Below are positions 48,365 through 58,649 of a stretch of DNA of 64,000 nt, piece by piece. This stretch comes from an uncultured Clostridia bacterium (GTDB taxonomy: Bacteria; Bacillota; Clostridia; DUPQ01), in contig CAVXZA010000002.1 in assembly GCA_963766335.1 (NCBI GenBank), positions 928,292-992,291 of the forward strand. The letters run 5' to 3'. The notes under the pieces were generated by a model that was not told where the DNA came from, searched no databases, and saw only the letters and a list, made by a program, of their open reading frames with translations. A program made the translations under genes and the position numbers. Position 1 is the first letter of the stretch. Each line of letters opens with the position of its first letter.

Positions 48365-50133
48365 AAAACAAAGACCCGCTGAAGCATCGATTTAAAAGAA
48401 TTAGAGATATATTCAGATTCGGCAGCCTGCAATCCACAATAACTCTGTCATTTGCCGGACTGATAATTATTGCAATGGTTACCATTGGTATAGTTTTCTT
48501 CAGCACTTTTTCTGAAAATGCTGAGAAAAATGCTACTGCCAGTACTAAACAGATTTTAAACCAGGCAAGTCTTAATCTTGAATACTACCTGAATTCCATG
48601 ACTGAAATTTCCGATTTGATTGCTATAAATATGGGAGCATTTGCTGAGGGAGACACGACGAAAATGACAGGGATACTTAACTTTACACTTGAAACCAGGG
48701 ATGACATTGAATCGGTTGTTATATATTCGGACATGGGACAGGTACTCCTGGCTGCTCCTGATTATAAGTTTAACGCAAATATGTCAGTTGTCGAACAAAA
48801 ATGGTTTCTACTAGCTGCCGCGAATCCATATATATATTATTACCAGCCTCCGCATGTACAAAGATTCTATGAGAACAGACGGCCATGGGTGGTGACATTG
48901 AGCCGTGGTATTGGAACGGATGACAACCAACGGCACTATATAACAATTGTTGATATGAACTTCAGTGTTATCGAGGAGGTCTGCAGTCAGGTTGAACTCG
49001 GAAGAAGAGGCTACATCTATGTTGTAGACGGCGAAGGCAATATCATCTATCATCCGCAGCAGCAACTGATATATGCCGGACTTAAAGATGAAAACATACA
49101 AAAAGCACTGTCGGTCGGAAGCGGATCATATATCGAAAAAATAGGTGGGGAAGAAATAAGCACGGTCATAATGGATGTCGGGTATGCGGGATGGAAAATG
49201 GTTGGGATCAGCTATGTTGATGAGATTGTTCAGAATAGGCGCAGCTTCAATGCAATGATATTAATAATTGTGATTACCGGAATAGCATTCATTGTCCTCG
49301 CATCAATATTTATCTCATATAAAATATCCCAGCCCATAAAAAGACTGGAAAGACAGATGAATAAAGTCGAAAGAGGCGATTTCAACATTGACCTGCTTAA
49401 GGCTGAGGGCGAGGATGAAGTCAGGCAGCTTACCCATTCCTTCAATCTTATGATTGAAAGGATTCGTCAGCTGATGAGTCAGATAATTGATGAGCAGGAG
49501 GCCAAGAGAAAGAACGAATTAAAAGCTCTTCAGGCTCAGATTAATCCTCATTTTCTTTACAATACCCTTGATTCAATTATCTGGATGAATGAAAACAAAA
49601 ACCATGACGGCGTTTCAGAAATGACAGCTGCGCTTGCAAAACTTTTCAGAATCAGCCTAAGCAAAGGAATGGAAATTATCACTGTAAGGGATGAAATACA
49701 GCATGCTGTAAGTTACCTTATTATTCAAAAAATGAGGTATAAAAATAAATTCAGATACAATGTTGAACTTCCTGATGAACTCGGAGATTATATAACCCTT
49801 AAACTGTTAATCCAACCCATTGTAGAGAATTCTATTTACCATGGTTTTAGCCAGATTCCAGACGAAGGCATCATAAATATTAAAGTATATATAGATGGCG
49901 AAGACTTAGTTTACCTTATATCCGATAACGGATATGGGATTAGCGAAGAAAAAATCACCTCAATAATATCCGGCGAAACCAAAAGCAAGCATTCATCAGG
50001 AGTGGGAATTAAGAACGTGAATGAGCGTATAAAAATCTATTATGGCGAAAGTTATGGGATAAATATAAAAAGCGAACCTGACGAGGGTACGGATGTTTAT
50101 ATAAGAATCCCGTTAGTAAAAGGAGTAGGCTGA
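48361..50133 (+). CDS. sensor histidine kinase (YesM / LytS-YehU His_kinase type)
   Basis: It has two TM segments flanking an extracellular domain, a HAMP domain, the INPHFLYNTLDSI His box, and an HATPase region (DNGYGI...GVGIKN). Confidence 0.85.
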   Translation: MKNKDPLKHRFKRIRDIFRFGSLQSTITLSFAGLIIIAMVTIGIVFFSTFSENAEKNATASTKQILNQASLNLEYYLNSMTEISDLIAINMGAFAEGDTTKMTGILNFTLETRDDIESVVIYSDMGQVLLAAPDYKFNANMSVVEQKWFLLAAANPYIYYYQPPHVQRFYENRRPWVVTLSRGIGTDDNQRHYITIVDMNFSVIEEVCSQVELGRRGYIYVVDGEGNIIYHPQQQLIYAGLKDENIQKALSVGSGSYIEKIGGEEISTVIMDVGYAGWKMVGISYVDEIVQNRRSFNAMILIIVITGIAFIVLASIFISYKISQPIKRLERQMNKVERGDFNIDLLKAEGEDEVRQLTHSFNLMIERIRQLMSQIIDEQEAKRKNELKALQAQINPHFLYNTLDSIIWMNENKNHDGVSEMTAALAKLFRISLSKGMEIITVRDEIQHAVSYLIIQKMRYKNKFRYNVELPDELGDYITLKLLIQPIVENSIYHGFSQIPDEGIINIKVYIDGEDLVYLISDNGYGISEEKITSIISGETKSKHSSGVGIKNVNERIKIYYGESYGINIKSEPDEGTDVYIRIPLVKGVG

Positions 50134-51098
50134 TGAGTAGGATAAAACAGATATTTTGTTGTTCATTGATTTTGCTGATTCTATCGGGGTGTGCACCCGG
50201 ACAGGATTCTATTTCGAATGAGAACATTAATATCAGGGTTATTGTTAAAAAACAAAACCATGATTTCTGGGCTGTCGTTGAAATGGGCACCGAAGCCGCT
50301 GAAAGGGAATTCGGTATTAATGTAGAATATACCGGCCCCTATAATGAAGAGGACATCGATGGGCAGATACGGATGGTTGAAGCAGCGGTCGAAGACAAGG
50401 TGGATGCTATCGTACTTGCAGCCATTGATTATGAGAAGCTTGTGCCTGCAGCGGAAAAAGCAAAAAGCGCAGGAATCCCCGTTATAATCATTGATTCAAA
50501 TATTAATTCAGAGAAAATGAACGGATTCATAGGTACGGATAATATTGATGCTGGAAGGGTCCTCGGAGATGCAATGGCTGACGCTCTGGGGACTGAACTC
50601 GACGTTGCCATTGTCAGCTTTGTAAAAGGCGCCGCATCTTCTAATGAAAGGGAACAGGGGGTAAAAGAAGCCCTGTCAAAATATAATGGAATTAATATAA
50701 TTGACACACTGTTTTGCAATTCAGATGAAACTCTGGCGTCGGAGTTGACAATAGATATGATTGAAAACCATCCTGAAGTTGATGTTTTCGTATGTCTAAA
50801 TGCATACGCAACAGTTGGTACGGCAAGGGGAATAACAGAAATAGGGAAGGTCGGTGTATACAAAATTGTCGGCTTTGACAGTACACCTGAAGAAATAACA
50901 TATCTTGAAAAAGGAACTATAGAACTCATGGTTGTGCAGAATCCTTTTAATATGGGTTATCTTGGCGTTAAATATGCCCTGGATGCCGTTAACGGAATAA
51001 AGACGCCTGAGAACATAAATACAGGCGCAGTTGTCATAAACAGGGAAAACATGTACAATCCGGAAAACCAGAAATTGCTATTCCCATTCGTTGATTGA
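50133..51098 (+). CDS. periplasmic-binding-protein (RbsB-like) lipoprotein, probable ligand sensor for the adjacent kinase
   Basis: It has a lipobox (LSGC) and a type-I PBP fold pattern. Its ATG overlaps the kinase stop (TGATG). Confidence 0.7.
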   Translation: MSRIKQIFCCSLILLILSGCAPGQDSISNENINIRVIVKKQNHDFWAVVEMGTEAAEREFGINVEYTGPYNEEDIDGQIRMVEAAVEDKVDAIVLAAIDYEKLVPAAEKAKSAGIPVIIIDSNINSEKMNGFIGTDNIDAGRVLGDAMADALGTELDVAIVSFVKGAASSNEREQGVKEALSKYNGINIIDTLFCNSDETLASELTIDMIENHPEVDVFVCLNAYATVGTARGITEIGKVGVYKIVGFDSTPEEITYLEKGTIELMVVQNPFNMGYLGVKYALDAVNGIKTPENINTGAVVINRENMYNPENQKLLFPFVD

Positions 51099-51221
51099 AG
51101 TATAAATATTCAAATTTATATTATTGTAATTCACAAATTCTGTGTGGTTTTTCCAATATGAAAAATTGTTGGGAAAATGTAAAATTACTCTATAGAATCA
51201 CAATTTGAAAGGGAAAACCCA

Positions 51222-52706
51222 ATGAATAAACAACTCCTTGAAATGAAAGGAATTGATAAAAGATTTCCCGGAGTATATGCATTGAAGAAATGCTCTTTCA
51301 GTCTTGAAAAGGGAGAGATTCTTGCATTCGTCGGTGAAAACGGTGCAGGTAAATCCACACTGATGAATATTCTGACCGGTATCATACCATGTGATTCAGG
51401 GGAGATTTACCTTAACGGAGAGAAACAGGTATTCACTACACCAAAAGAAGCACAGTTAGCAGGGATCTCAATGGTGCACCAAGAACTAAATCTTATGGAA
51501 AATCTGACCGTTGCACAGAATATTTTTATCGGTCGTGAAAGCAAAGGATTATTTCTTAATGAGGAATCAATAAATAAACGCGCAAAAGAATTGTTCGAAA
51601 GACTGAATTTCCATATAGACCCAAAGGAAAAGGTGGGAAGACTATCTGTAAGCCATCAACAGATTGTAGAAATTGCAAAGGCGATTTCCTATGACGCTAA
51701 AATCATAATATTTGACGAACCGAGTGCAACTCTGACCGATAAAGAAATTGAACAACTTTTCATAATTATGAGGGAACTCAGGGAAACTGGCGTAAGCATG
51801 GTCTATATTTCACACAGGATGGATGAAATAAAACGCATTGCTGACAGGGTTACTGTCCTTAGGGACGGAGAGTATATCGGAACCCGTCGGACAGATTCCG
51901 TTGAACTGGACGAAATAATACATATGATGGTCGGACGTGTTATTTATGCAGCGCATAAAAAGCTCAGTGAATTAGGCAAAGATACACCGGTAGTCATGAA
52001 AGCCGAGAATTTTAGTTCCCTTGATGTAAAGAATGTTTCATTCGAATTACGCAAAGGTGAAATCCTTGGTTTTGCCGGATTGATCGGAGCCGGAAGGACA
52101 GAACTTGCAAGGCTGATTTTCGGAGCCGACGCCAAAGAAAGCGGGGATATTTATATTAACGGAGAAAAAACCATTATCAATAGTCCCCACAGAGCTGTTG
52201 ATAAAGGTATTGGCTATCTGTCCGAAGACAGGAAGCGGTATGGAGTTATCCTCGGAATGAGTGTTGCAAACAATATTGTAATTACAAAACTTAAGGATTT
52301 TACCAGCAGAATATTTATAAATGAAAAGAAAATCAAGGAAGCTGCTGATGAATTCATTAAGAAAATTGACATAAAAACACCAAGTTCGCAACAACTTGTA
52401 AAAAATCTATCAGGTGGGAACCAGCAGAAAGTTATTATCGCGAAATGGCTTTTAAATAACTGTGACATACTTATTTTCGATGAACCTACGAGGGGTATCG
52501 ATGTCGGGGCAAAAAGCGAAATTTATAGACTAATGAATGATTTCGCCGCCATGGGCAAATCAATAATAATGATTTCATCAGAATTGCCGGAATTAATCCG
52601 CATGAGCGACAGGGTACTGGTCATGTGCGAAGGAGAACATACGGCAACTTTGAGTGATGACGAAATAAACCAAAATACGATTATGAAGTATGCTACTATG
52701 CATTAA
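51222..52706 (+). CDS. sugar ABC transporter ATP-binding protein (duplicated ABC domains)
   Basis: GENGAGKST, FDEPSATL, LSGGNQQK and FDEPTRGID. Confidence 0.9.
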   Translation: MNKQLLEMKGIDKRFPGVYALKKCSFSLEKGEILAFVGENGAGKSTLMNILTGIIPCDSGEIYLNGEKQVFTTPKEAQLAGISMVHQELNLMENLTVAQNIFIGRESKGLFLNEESINKRAKELFERLNFHIDPKEKVGRLSVSHQQIVEIAKAISYDAKIIIFDEPSATLTDKEIEQLFIIMRELRETGVSMVYISHRMDEIKRIADRVTVLRDGEYIGTRRTDSVELDEIIHMMVGRVIYAAHKKLSELGKDTPVVMKAENFSSLDVKNVSFELRKGEILGFAGLIGAGRTELARLIFGADAKESGDIYINGEKTIINSPHRAVDKGIGYLSEDRKRYGVILGMSVANNIVITKLKDFTSRIFINEKKIKEAADEFIKKIDIKTPSSQQLVKNLSGGNQQKVIIAKWLLNNCDILIFDEPTRGIDVGAKSEIYRLMNDFAAMGKSIIMISSELPELIRMSDRVLVMCEGEHTATLSDDEINQNTIMKYATMH

Positions 52707-52718
52707 CGGAGGAAAGAT

Positions 52719-53702
52719 ATGTTACAAAGACTAAGAAAAGTAGGAATGCAGAAAGTACTGGCGTTCGCTGCACTGATTATAATTTACATATTTTTTGCAA
52801 TAACCGGAAAGAACTTTACGTCTTCATCAACAATGCTGAATATCCTGGCGTCATCATATTATGTAGGGTTTCTAGCCATTGGTGCTACATTTGTTATTAT
52901 AACCGGTGGAATAGACCTGTCTCTTGGTGCGTTGATGATGTGCTCAGCCCTGCTCGGGGGTAAACTTTACAGGGATATGGGCGTGCCGTTGTGGATATGC
53001 CTGCTTATCATGATATTGTTTGCAATGCTGGTAGGACTGATAAACGGACTCATGGTAACAAAATTGAAACTGCCGCCTTTCATCGCTACACTTGGTACTA
53101 TGATGGTTTGTCTCGGCCTTGGATCGATTATTACAAATACTTCATCGAAATACTTTCCTACGCCCCTTGAACCCGACGGATGGTTCGGAAGGGCCTTTTT
53201 TAAGTCTTCAAGTGGATTTCCCCTGGGAGCGGTATATCTGCTCGTGTTTTTCATTATAGCTTTCATTATTCTGAACAAGACAAAAATCGGTAGGTATATC
53301 ACTGCCATTGGAAACAATGAAGAAGCAGTCAGACTTTCAGGTATTAAAGTCGGACTTTGGAAAACGCTGGCATATATTATCACAGGAGTCGGTGTAGGGT
53401 TTGGGTCAATCCTTTATGCGGCGACCTATACAGTTGTAATACCCAATACGGGAAATGGAATAGAGCTCCAGGCAATTGCTGCAGTTGTCATAGGCGGAAC
53501 ATCGCTGTCAGGAGGCGTCGGCTCATTAACCGGTACGATGATTGGGGTGTTCATAATGAGTATTCTTAAGACCGGGCTGATTTCTGTGAGCCTTCCTGCC
53601 CCATACCAAACATTCTTTACGGGGCTTGTTGTTATAGGAGCGGTACTAATGGATGTTTACAGAAATAAAAAAGCTAATGAATTGAAAAAAATCAAGGCTT
53701 AA
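52719..53702 (+). CDS. sugar ABC transporter permease (RbsC/BPD type 2)
   Basis: It is polytopic and contains GGIDLSLG and TAIGNNEEAVRLSGI. Confidence 0.85.
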   Translation: MLQRLRKVGMQKVLAFAALIIIYIFFAITGKNFTSSSTMLNILASSYYVGFLAIGATFVIITGGIDLSLGALMMCSALLGGKLYRDMGVPLWICLLIMILFAMLVGLINGLMVTKLKLPPFIATLGTMMVCLGLGSIITNTSSKYFPTPLEPDGWFGRAFFKSSSGFPLGAVYLLVFFIIAFIILNKTKIGRYITAIGNNEEAVRLSGIKVGLWKTLAYIITGVGVGFGSILYAATYTVVIPNTGNGIELQAIAAVVIGGTSLSGGVGSLTGTMIGVFIMSILKTGLISVSLPAPYQTFFTGLVVIGAVLMDVYRNKKANELKKIKA

Positions 53703-53743
53703 TTTTGCACAAGCAAATTAAAAAATAAATGGAGGAACAAAAA

Positions 53744-54805
53744 ATGAAAAACGTAAAAAGGTTACTGGCGGTATTACTGGTAATATCAATGGTTTCAGTG
53801 CTTCTTGTAGGATGCGGACAGAAAGAAGATGAAAACGACTATTATTCAGTTATTGCCAAAGGCTTCCAGCATCAGTTCTGGCAGGTTGTTAAAGATGGTT
53901 CTGAACAGGCAGCTACTGAACTTGGAGTAGATATTTTCTTCACAGGCCCTGAAGGCGAAAGTGCTCAGGCCGCACAGGTTGATATGATTAATGCTGAATT
54001 GGCAAAGAATCCCAAAGCCATAGCATTAGCAGCATTGAACACCGAAGCAATATTCTCACAGCTTCAGGAAGCATATGACAAGGGGATACCTGTAATTGGA
54101 TTTGACTCAGGTGTTCCGAATGCTCCGGCAGGACAAATTGCTGCAAATGCATCGACTGACAATGAAAATGCAGCAGGACTTGGCGCAGAACACATGTATG
54201 AAGCAATTAAAGCAGATATTGCTGCTGCAACTGTTAGCGCACCTGTAACTGTTGTAGTTCTTTCTCAAGATGCAACAAGCGCATCAGTTACCGGAAGAAG
54301 CAAAGGCTTTGCTGAAAAAATGTATGCTTTAGTTACAGGAGACGGTCAGAGTGCAGCTATAAGCGGAGATTTTGCAGCAATTACAACGGGAGACCCCGCA
54401 AGCGTTGCAGTTAACATAAAAATTGTCGTTGGTGCAACACCGGATATTACCGACATGACTAATGCAGCAAGCGGAGTTTTAAATACTGATAATCTTCTTG
54501 GCGTATTCTGCTCAAACGAAGGTGCTGTTAACGGACTTCTTGCCTCTCTCAATTCCGGTTCAACACTTGGAGCTGATGTAAAGGTAGTTGGATTTGATGC
54601 AGGCGCAGGCCAAAAAGCAGCTGTAAGAGCCGGAACCTTCATGGGTTCAATTACACAGGATCCTTTCATGATTGGCTACCAGGCTGTTGCATTGGCAGTA
54701 AAAGCGGCACAGGGACATGCTGTTTCCGATATTGATACCGGAGCAAAATGGTATGATGCGACCAATATGGATGACGAAGGCATTGCAAATCTACTATATG
54801 ACTAA
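53744..54805 (+). CDS. sugar ABC transporter substrate-binding lipoprotein
   Basis: It has a lipobox (LVGCG) and a type-I PBP pattern (FWQVVKDG...). GGAGG lies 8 nt before the ATG at 53744. Confidence 0.8.
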   Translation: MKNVKRLLAVLLVISMVSVLLVGCGQKEDENDYYSVIAKGFQHQFWQVVKDGSEQAATELGVDIFFTGPEGESAQAAQVDMINAELAKNPKAIALAALNTEAIFSQLQEAYDKGIPVIGFDSGVPNAPAGQIAANASTDNENAAGLGAEHMYEAIKADIAAATVSAPVTVVVLSQDATSASVTGRSKGFAEKMYALVTGDGQSAAISGDFAAITTGDPASVAVNIKIVVGATPDITDMTNAASGVLNTDNLLGVFCSNEGAVNGLLASLNSGSTLGADVKVVGFDAGAGQKAAVRAGTFMGSITQDPFMIGYQAVALAVKAAQGHAVSDIDTGAKWYDATNMDDEGIANLLYD

Positions 54806-54826
54806 TTTATCTAATCGTTAAAACCA

Positions 54827-54862
54827 GACGGCCTCCCTAATATAGGGGGGCCGTCACTCTTA
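54827..54862 (+). terminator. terminator hairpin
   Basis: An 11-bp stem (GACGGCCTCCC-taatata-GGGGGGCCGTC) with only a weak U-tract. Confidence 0.55.
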
Positions 54863-54896
54863 TGTAGTATAATAATTTAAAAACTAGGAGAAAACC

Positions 54897-55835
54897 ATGA
54901 CTATCCTGGAAGTTATATATAAAATACTGCCGCTTCTTGTAACAATATTCCTTGGATATTTTCTAAGTAAAAAAGGATTTTTTAATGACGGTTTAATTAA
55001 AGCTTTTAAAAAAACGGTTGTGAATGTGACGCTTCCTGCGGGTCTATTGGTGGCATTTGCCTCGATAAAGTTCGAACTGAAATTAGTATTGGTTTTTATC
55101 GCTGTTTTCATATCATGCCTATTGATGCTATTAATTGGAAAACTCCTTGCGAGACTTTTTAAAATCAAGTCGCCGTATTTCCCATACCTTCTGACCGGAT
55201 TTGAAGCTGGTATGCTGGGCTACGCATTATATGGTGGTATATACGGGCTGGATAAGCTTTCTGAGTTTGGTATTGTTGATATCGGCCAGGTCCTGTTTGT
55301 ATTTCTTGTAACGGTACCCATGGTGTCCCATATGGGTTCCGGAGATAAATCGGGATTCTTTAAACAGTCAATAAGAACAGCCGTAAAGTCTCCGGTAATA
55401 TGGTCAATTCTCATAGGATTACTTTTATCAATATCGGGTATTGGAAAACTTGGATATACCCAGGCGTATTCAACTATTAAAAGTATCTTTGATTTTATAT
55501 CAGCACCGACCCCATTTTTAATTTGCCTTGTTATCGGCAGCGGCTTGAACTTCTCTTTTGCAAAAATGAAAATCGAGAGCCTTACAGCGTTATTGAAGGT
55601 GGTATTGTCGGTTGCATTTGCTGCACTTGTAAGCCTGCTTCTCCTTAAACCACTCGGACTTACAACAATGCTGGCTATTCCATTGTTTTCAATGTTCGTA
55701 CTACCCGGTCCGTTTATAATACCGGTATTCATGAATACCGGAAACCGTGCAGAAGTCGAGTATGTGTCAAATACCCTGTCGATTGGTACAATACTGGGGT
55801 TAGTCGGATTTATTGTTATTTCATTTATTGCATAG
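54897..55835 (+). CDS. AEC (auxin efflux carrier) family transporter
   Basis: It is 312 aa long, has about 10 TM segments, and its N-terminus ILPLLVTIFLGYFL is typical of the family. Confidence 0.65.
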   Translation: MTILEVIYKILPLLVTIFLGYFLSKKGFFNDGLIKAFKKTVVNVTLPAGLLVAFASIKFELKLVLVFIAVFISCLLMLLIGKLLARLFKIKSPYFPYLLTGFEAGMLGYALYGGIYGLDKLSEFGIVDIGQVLFVFLVTVPMVSHMGSGDKSGFFKQSIRTAVKSPVIWSILIGLLLSISGIGKLGYTQAYSTIKSIFDFISAPTPFLICLVIGSGLNFSFAKMKIESLTALLKVVLSVAFAALVSLLLLKPLGLTTMLAIPLFSMFVLPGPFIIPVFMNTGNRAEVEYVSNTLSIGTILGLVGFIVISFIA

Positions 55836-55846
55836 TGGATACTTTT

Positions 55847-57019
55847 TTATCTTGCAAACCTGAATATTTCCATTAAGTCGGCTTTATTTAACTTTTTAAA
55901 ATTGCCAAGGGTTTTCGTATCACCATCGGTGCCCTTATAGGCAAGTTCTTCAATCTGCGAATCGGTCAGCTCAATGCCCATTTCCTTTATTGAAGCTGGC
56001 ATGCCTATTGAACGGTAGAAAAGTTCCATTGAATGTATACCGGCTAATGCAGCTTCGTTATCATCTTTATTATCAACGCCAAATATTTCTCGGGCGAATT
56101 TTGCAAATCTTGATGGCTTTATATGGTAAACATATCTTGCCCAGCTGCTCCATACCGCACTTAGTCCGGCACCATGGGCAACATCAAACATGCCCCCGAG
56201 TTCATGTTCAATATCATGTGTCGCCCAGTCGCCTGTGCCGCCGCAGCCTGTAAGGTCGTTATGAGCCAGGCTAGAGGCCCACATTAGTTCCGATCTTGCT
56301 TGATAATCATTAGGTTTTTTCAAGGCAATCCGGGCATTTGCCATGACTGTTTTTATTAATGCCACCGCTAAATTATCTGTAAGTTCCATTGGTTCTTCGG
56401 TTGTGAAATATCTTTCCATAGTGTGCATCATCATATCAACGGCACCGCAGGAAGTCTGATATGATGGGAGGGTATAAGTGGTTTCAGGGTTAAGAATTGA
56501 GAATTTTGGTCTCATGATATCATCACCATAAGCCCTCTTGAGCCAACCCTCTTCATTTGTGATAACTGAACCATTGCTCATTTCGCTGCCGGCTGCTGAT
56601 ATTGTCAGGATAGTTCCTATAGGAGAACATGCTTTTGCTTTTTTCCCTTTTGTGTATAGGTCCCAGACATCAAAATCATTTGCTATTCCCAAGGCAATGG
56701 CTTTTGCAGAATCTATGACACTTCCTCCGCCGACGGCAAGAACAAAATCAACCCCGGTGGATTTTGCTAGTTCGATCCCCTTATAAACAAGCGAAAGTCT
56801 TGGATTTGGTTTAACACCTCCCAGCAGCTCATAGGAAATTCCTTCTGTGTCAAGTGATTTCTTAACAGTTTCAAGAAGGCCGCTTCTTACTACGCTTCCC
56901 ATTCCGTAATGGATCAGAACTCTTTTGGCCCCTGATTCTTTAACAAGGGCCCCTGTTTGTTTTACTGTGTCCTTGCCAAATACAACTTTGGTAGGTGCGT
57001 AATATTTAAAGTTAACCAT
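55847..57019 (-). CDS. iron-containing alcohol dehydrogenase (butanol dehydrogenase/YqhD-like)
   Basis: FKYYAPTKVVFG, AVGGGSVIDSAK and HDIEHELG. Confidence 0.85.
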   Translation of the reverse strand: MVNFKYYAPTKVVFGKDTVKQTGALVKESGAKRVLIHYGMGSVVRSGLLETVKKSLDTEGISYELLGGVKPNPRLSLVYKGIELAKSTGVDFVLAVGGGSVIDSAKAIALGIANDFDVWDLYTKGKKAKACSPIGTILTISAAGSEMSNGSVITNEEGWLKRAYGDDIMRPKFSILNPETTYTLPSYQTSCGAVDMMMHTMERYFTTEEPMELTDNLAVALIKTVMANARIALKKPNDYQARSELMWASSLAHNDLTGCGGTGDWATHDIEHELGGMFDVAHGAGLSAVWSSWARYVYHIKPSRFAKFAREIFGVDNKDDNEAALAGIHSMELFYRSIGMPASIKEMGIELTDSQIEELAYKGTDGDTKTLGNFKKLNKADLMEIFRFAR

Positions 57020-57077
57020 GGAATAACCTCCTTGAAGGATTGTTTATTTATTTATACCCATTGAAGGTATACTAATG

Positions 57078-58478
57078 TTATTTTTTATACATATCGCCAA
57101 GAATATCGGCAACCTTCTCAATGAATTTAGAACCAAGAATTACAGCTATATCGCCCTGTTTCATGTTTTTATAAAGATGTTTTGCTATTGTTTCATAATC
57201 GGGCAGGAAAATTGAATCTTTTCCCTTTTCAGCCACTTTTTCAGCCACAAGCCTGCTGCTTACTTCTGTTCCCGTTTCCTCGCGGTCATTGTATATATCA
57301 GCCATGATTACATGGTCTGCATAGCTAAAGCTGTTGACGAAATCATTGAATAAAACAAGCACGCGTGTATATGTATGGGGTTCAAAAACTGCCCAGATTT
57401 CACGATGTTTCATGTTTGAAGCAATTTCAAGTGTGCCGTTGATTTCGGCAGGGTTATGGGCATAGTCCGCAAAGACCTTAATCCCATTGGAATCACTTTT
57501 TAATTCGAAACGCCTGCGAGGTCCTGTCATGTCGTCAAGGGCTGATTTGATATTTTCAATGCTGCCGCCGCAGATTCTGCATGCTGCAACAGCTGACAGT
57601 ACATTTAAAACATTATGAGTTCCTGGAATATTAAGTTTCACATCACTGATTTTCTCGCCATATGCAAACAACTCAAACGATGCCCTGCCATTAACATCAT
57701 ATTGAAGATTCATTGCCGTATATTCCAGGCTTTTATCATTGAGTCCATACCTAATAATATTGCAGTGGACGGAAGTTTCCAAAAACATTGAATTTTCATC
57801 ATCATGGCAAACAATGAGGTAACCGTCTTTTGGAATAAGTTGTGCAAATTCCAGGAATGACTGTTGCATATCGGCAAGGTCTCTGAACCAGTCGACATGG
57901 TCATAATCGATATTAAGCACTATACCGATGAAGGGATTAAGCTTTAAAAATGTATCGGTAAATTCACAGGCTTCGGTGATGAAATATTTGCCGTCGCCGT
58001 TTTTTGTAGTACCGTTAATAAAATCGGCCTCCCCTCCTATATGGATTGTAGGATTAAATCCGCATCTTTCAAACAAGTATGAGACCATAGTGGTAGTTGT
58101 TGTTTTTCCATGGGCTCCGGAGACTCCGATTCCTATTTTGTGGGCCCTCATTATTTCACCAAGGAGGTCAGCCCGGTTTAGAATCGGTATGCCAAGTTCT
58201 TCCGCCCGTTGGTATTCGCAATTATCGGGATGTACGGCAGCGGTATAAACAACAAGGTCCGGTTTGCCCATTTCATCAGCATCATGGTTTTGGTAAACCC
58301 GTGCGCCAAGGGAGTTGAGTTTTTCGGTAAATTTAGATATTTCAATATCAGAGCCTGTGATTTCATAGCCCATGCTCAATAAAATTTCAGCCAGGCCCGA
58401 CATGCTGACTCCGCCGATTCCGATGAAATGTATTTTTTTTATTTTATCAGATAAACTTTTTAATTCTTCCATGCTCAC
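57078..58478 (-). CDS. murC: UDP-N-acetylmuramate--L-alanine ligase
   Basis: IHFIGIGGVSMSGLAEIL and VSGAHGKTTTT. The start could be the ATG at 58472. Confidence 0.9.
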   Translation of the reverse strand: MSMEELKSLSDKIKKIHFIGIGGVSMSGLAEILLSMGYEITGSDIEISKFTEKLNSLGARVYQNHDADEMGKPDLVVYTAAVHPDNCEYQRAEELGIPILNRADLLGEIMRAHKIGIGVSGAHGKTTTTTMVSYLFERCGFNPTIHIGGEADFINGTTKNGDGKYFITEACEFTDTFLKLNPFIGIVLNIDYDHVDWFRDLADMQQSFLEFAQLIPKDGYLIVCHDDENSMFLETSVHCNIIRYGLNDKSLEYTAMNLQYDVNGRASFELFAYGEKISDVKLNIPGTHNVLNVLSAVAACRICGGSIENIKSALDDMTGPRRRFELKSDSNGIKVFADYAHNPAEINGTLEIASNMKHREIWAVFEPHTYTRVLVLFNDFVNSFSYADHVIMADIYNDREETGTEVSSRLVAEKVAEKGKDSIFLPDYETIAKHLYKNMKQGDIAVILGSKFIEKVADILGDMYKK

Positions 58479-58649
58479 CTTTCAAGTCCACTGTATTTAT
58501 TCTACAAGTCTTTTTCTACCCTGTCTATTGTACCATGAAGAAATTATTAACGATTTATGAACATTAAACGCAACGGCTGAAAATTAATTGAAATGGATAG
58601 CCTATATATATATAATATAGCAGAGTATAAATGAAATAGGAGGGCCGCA

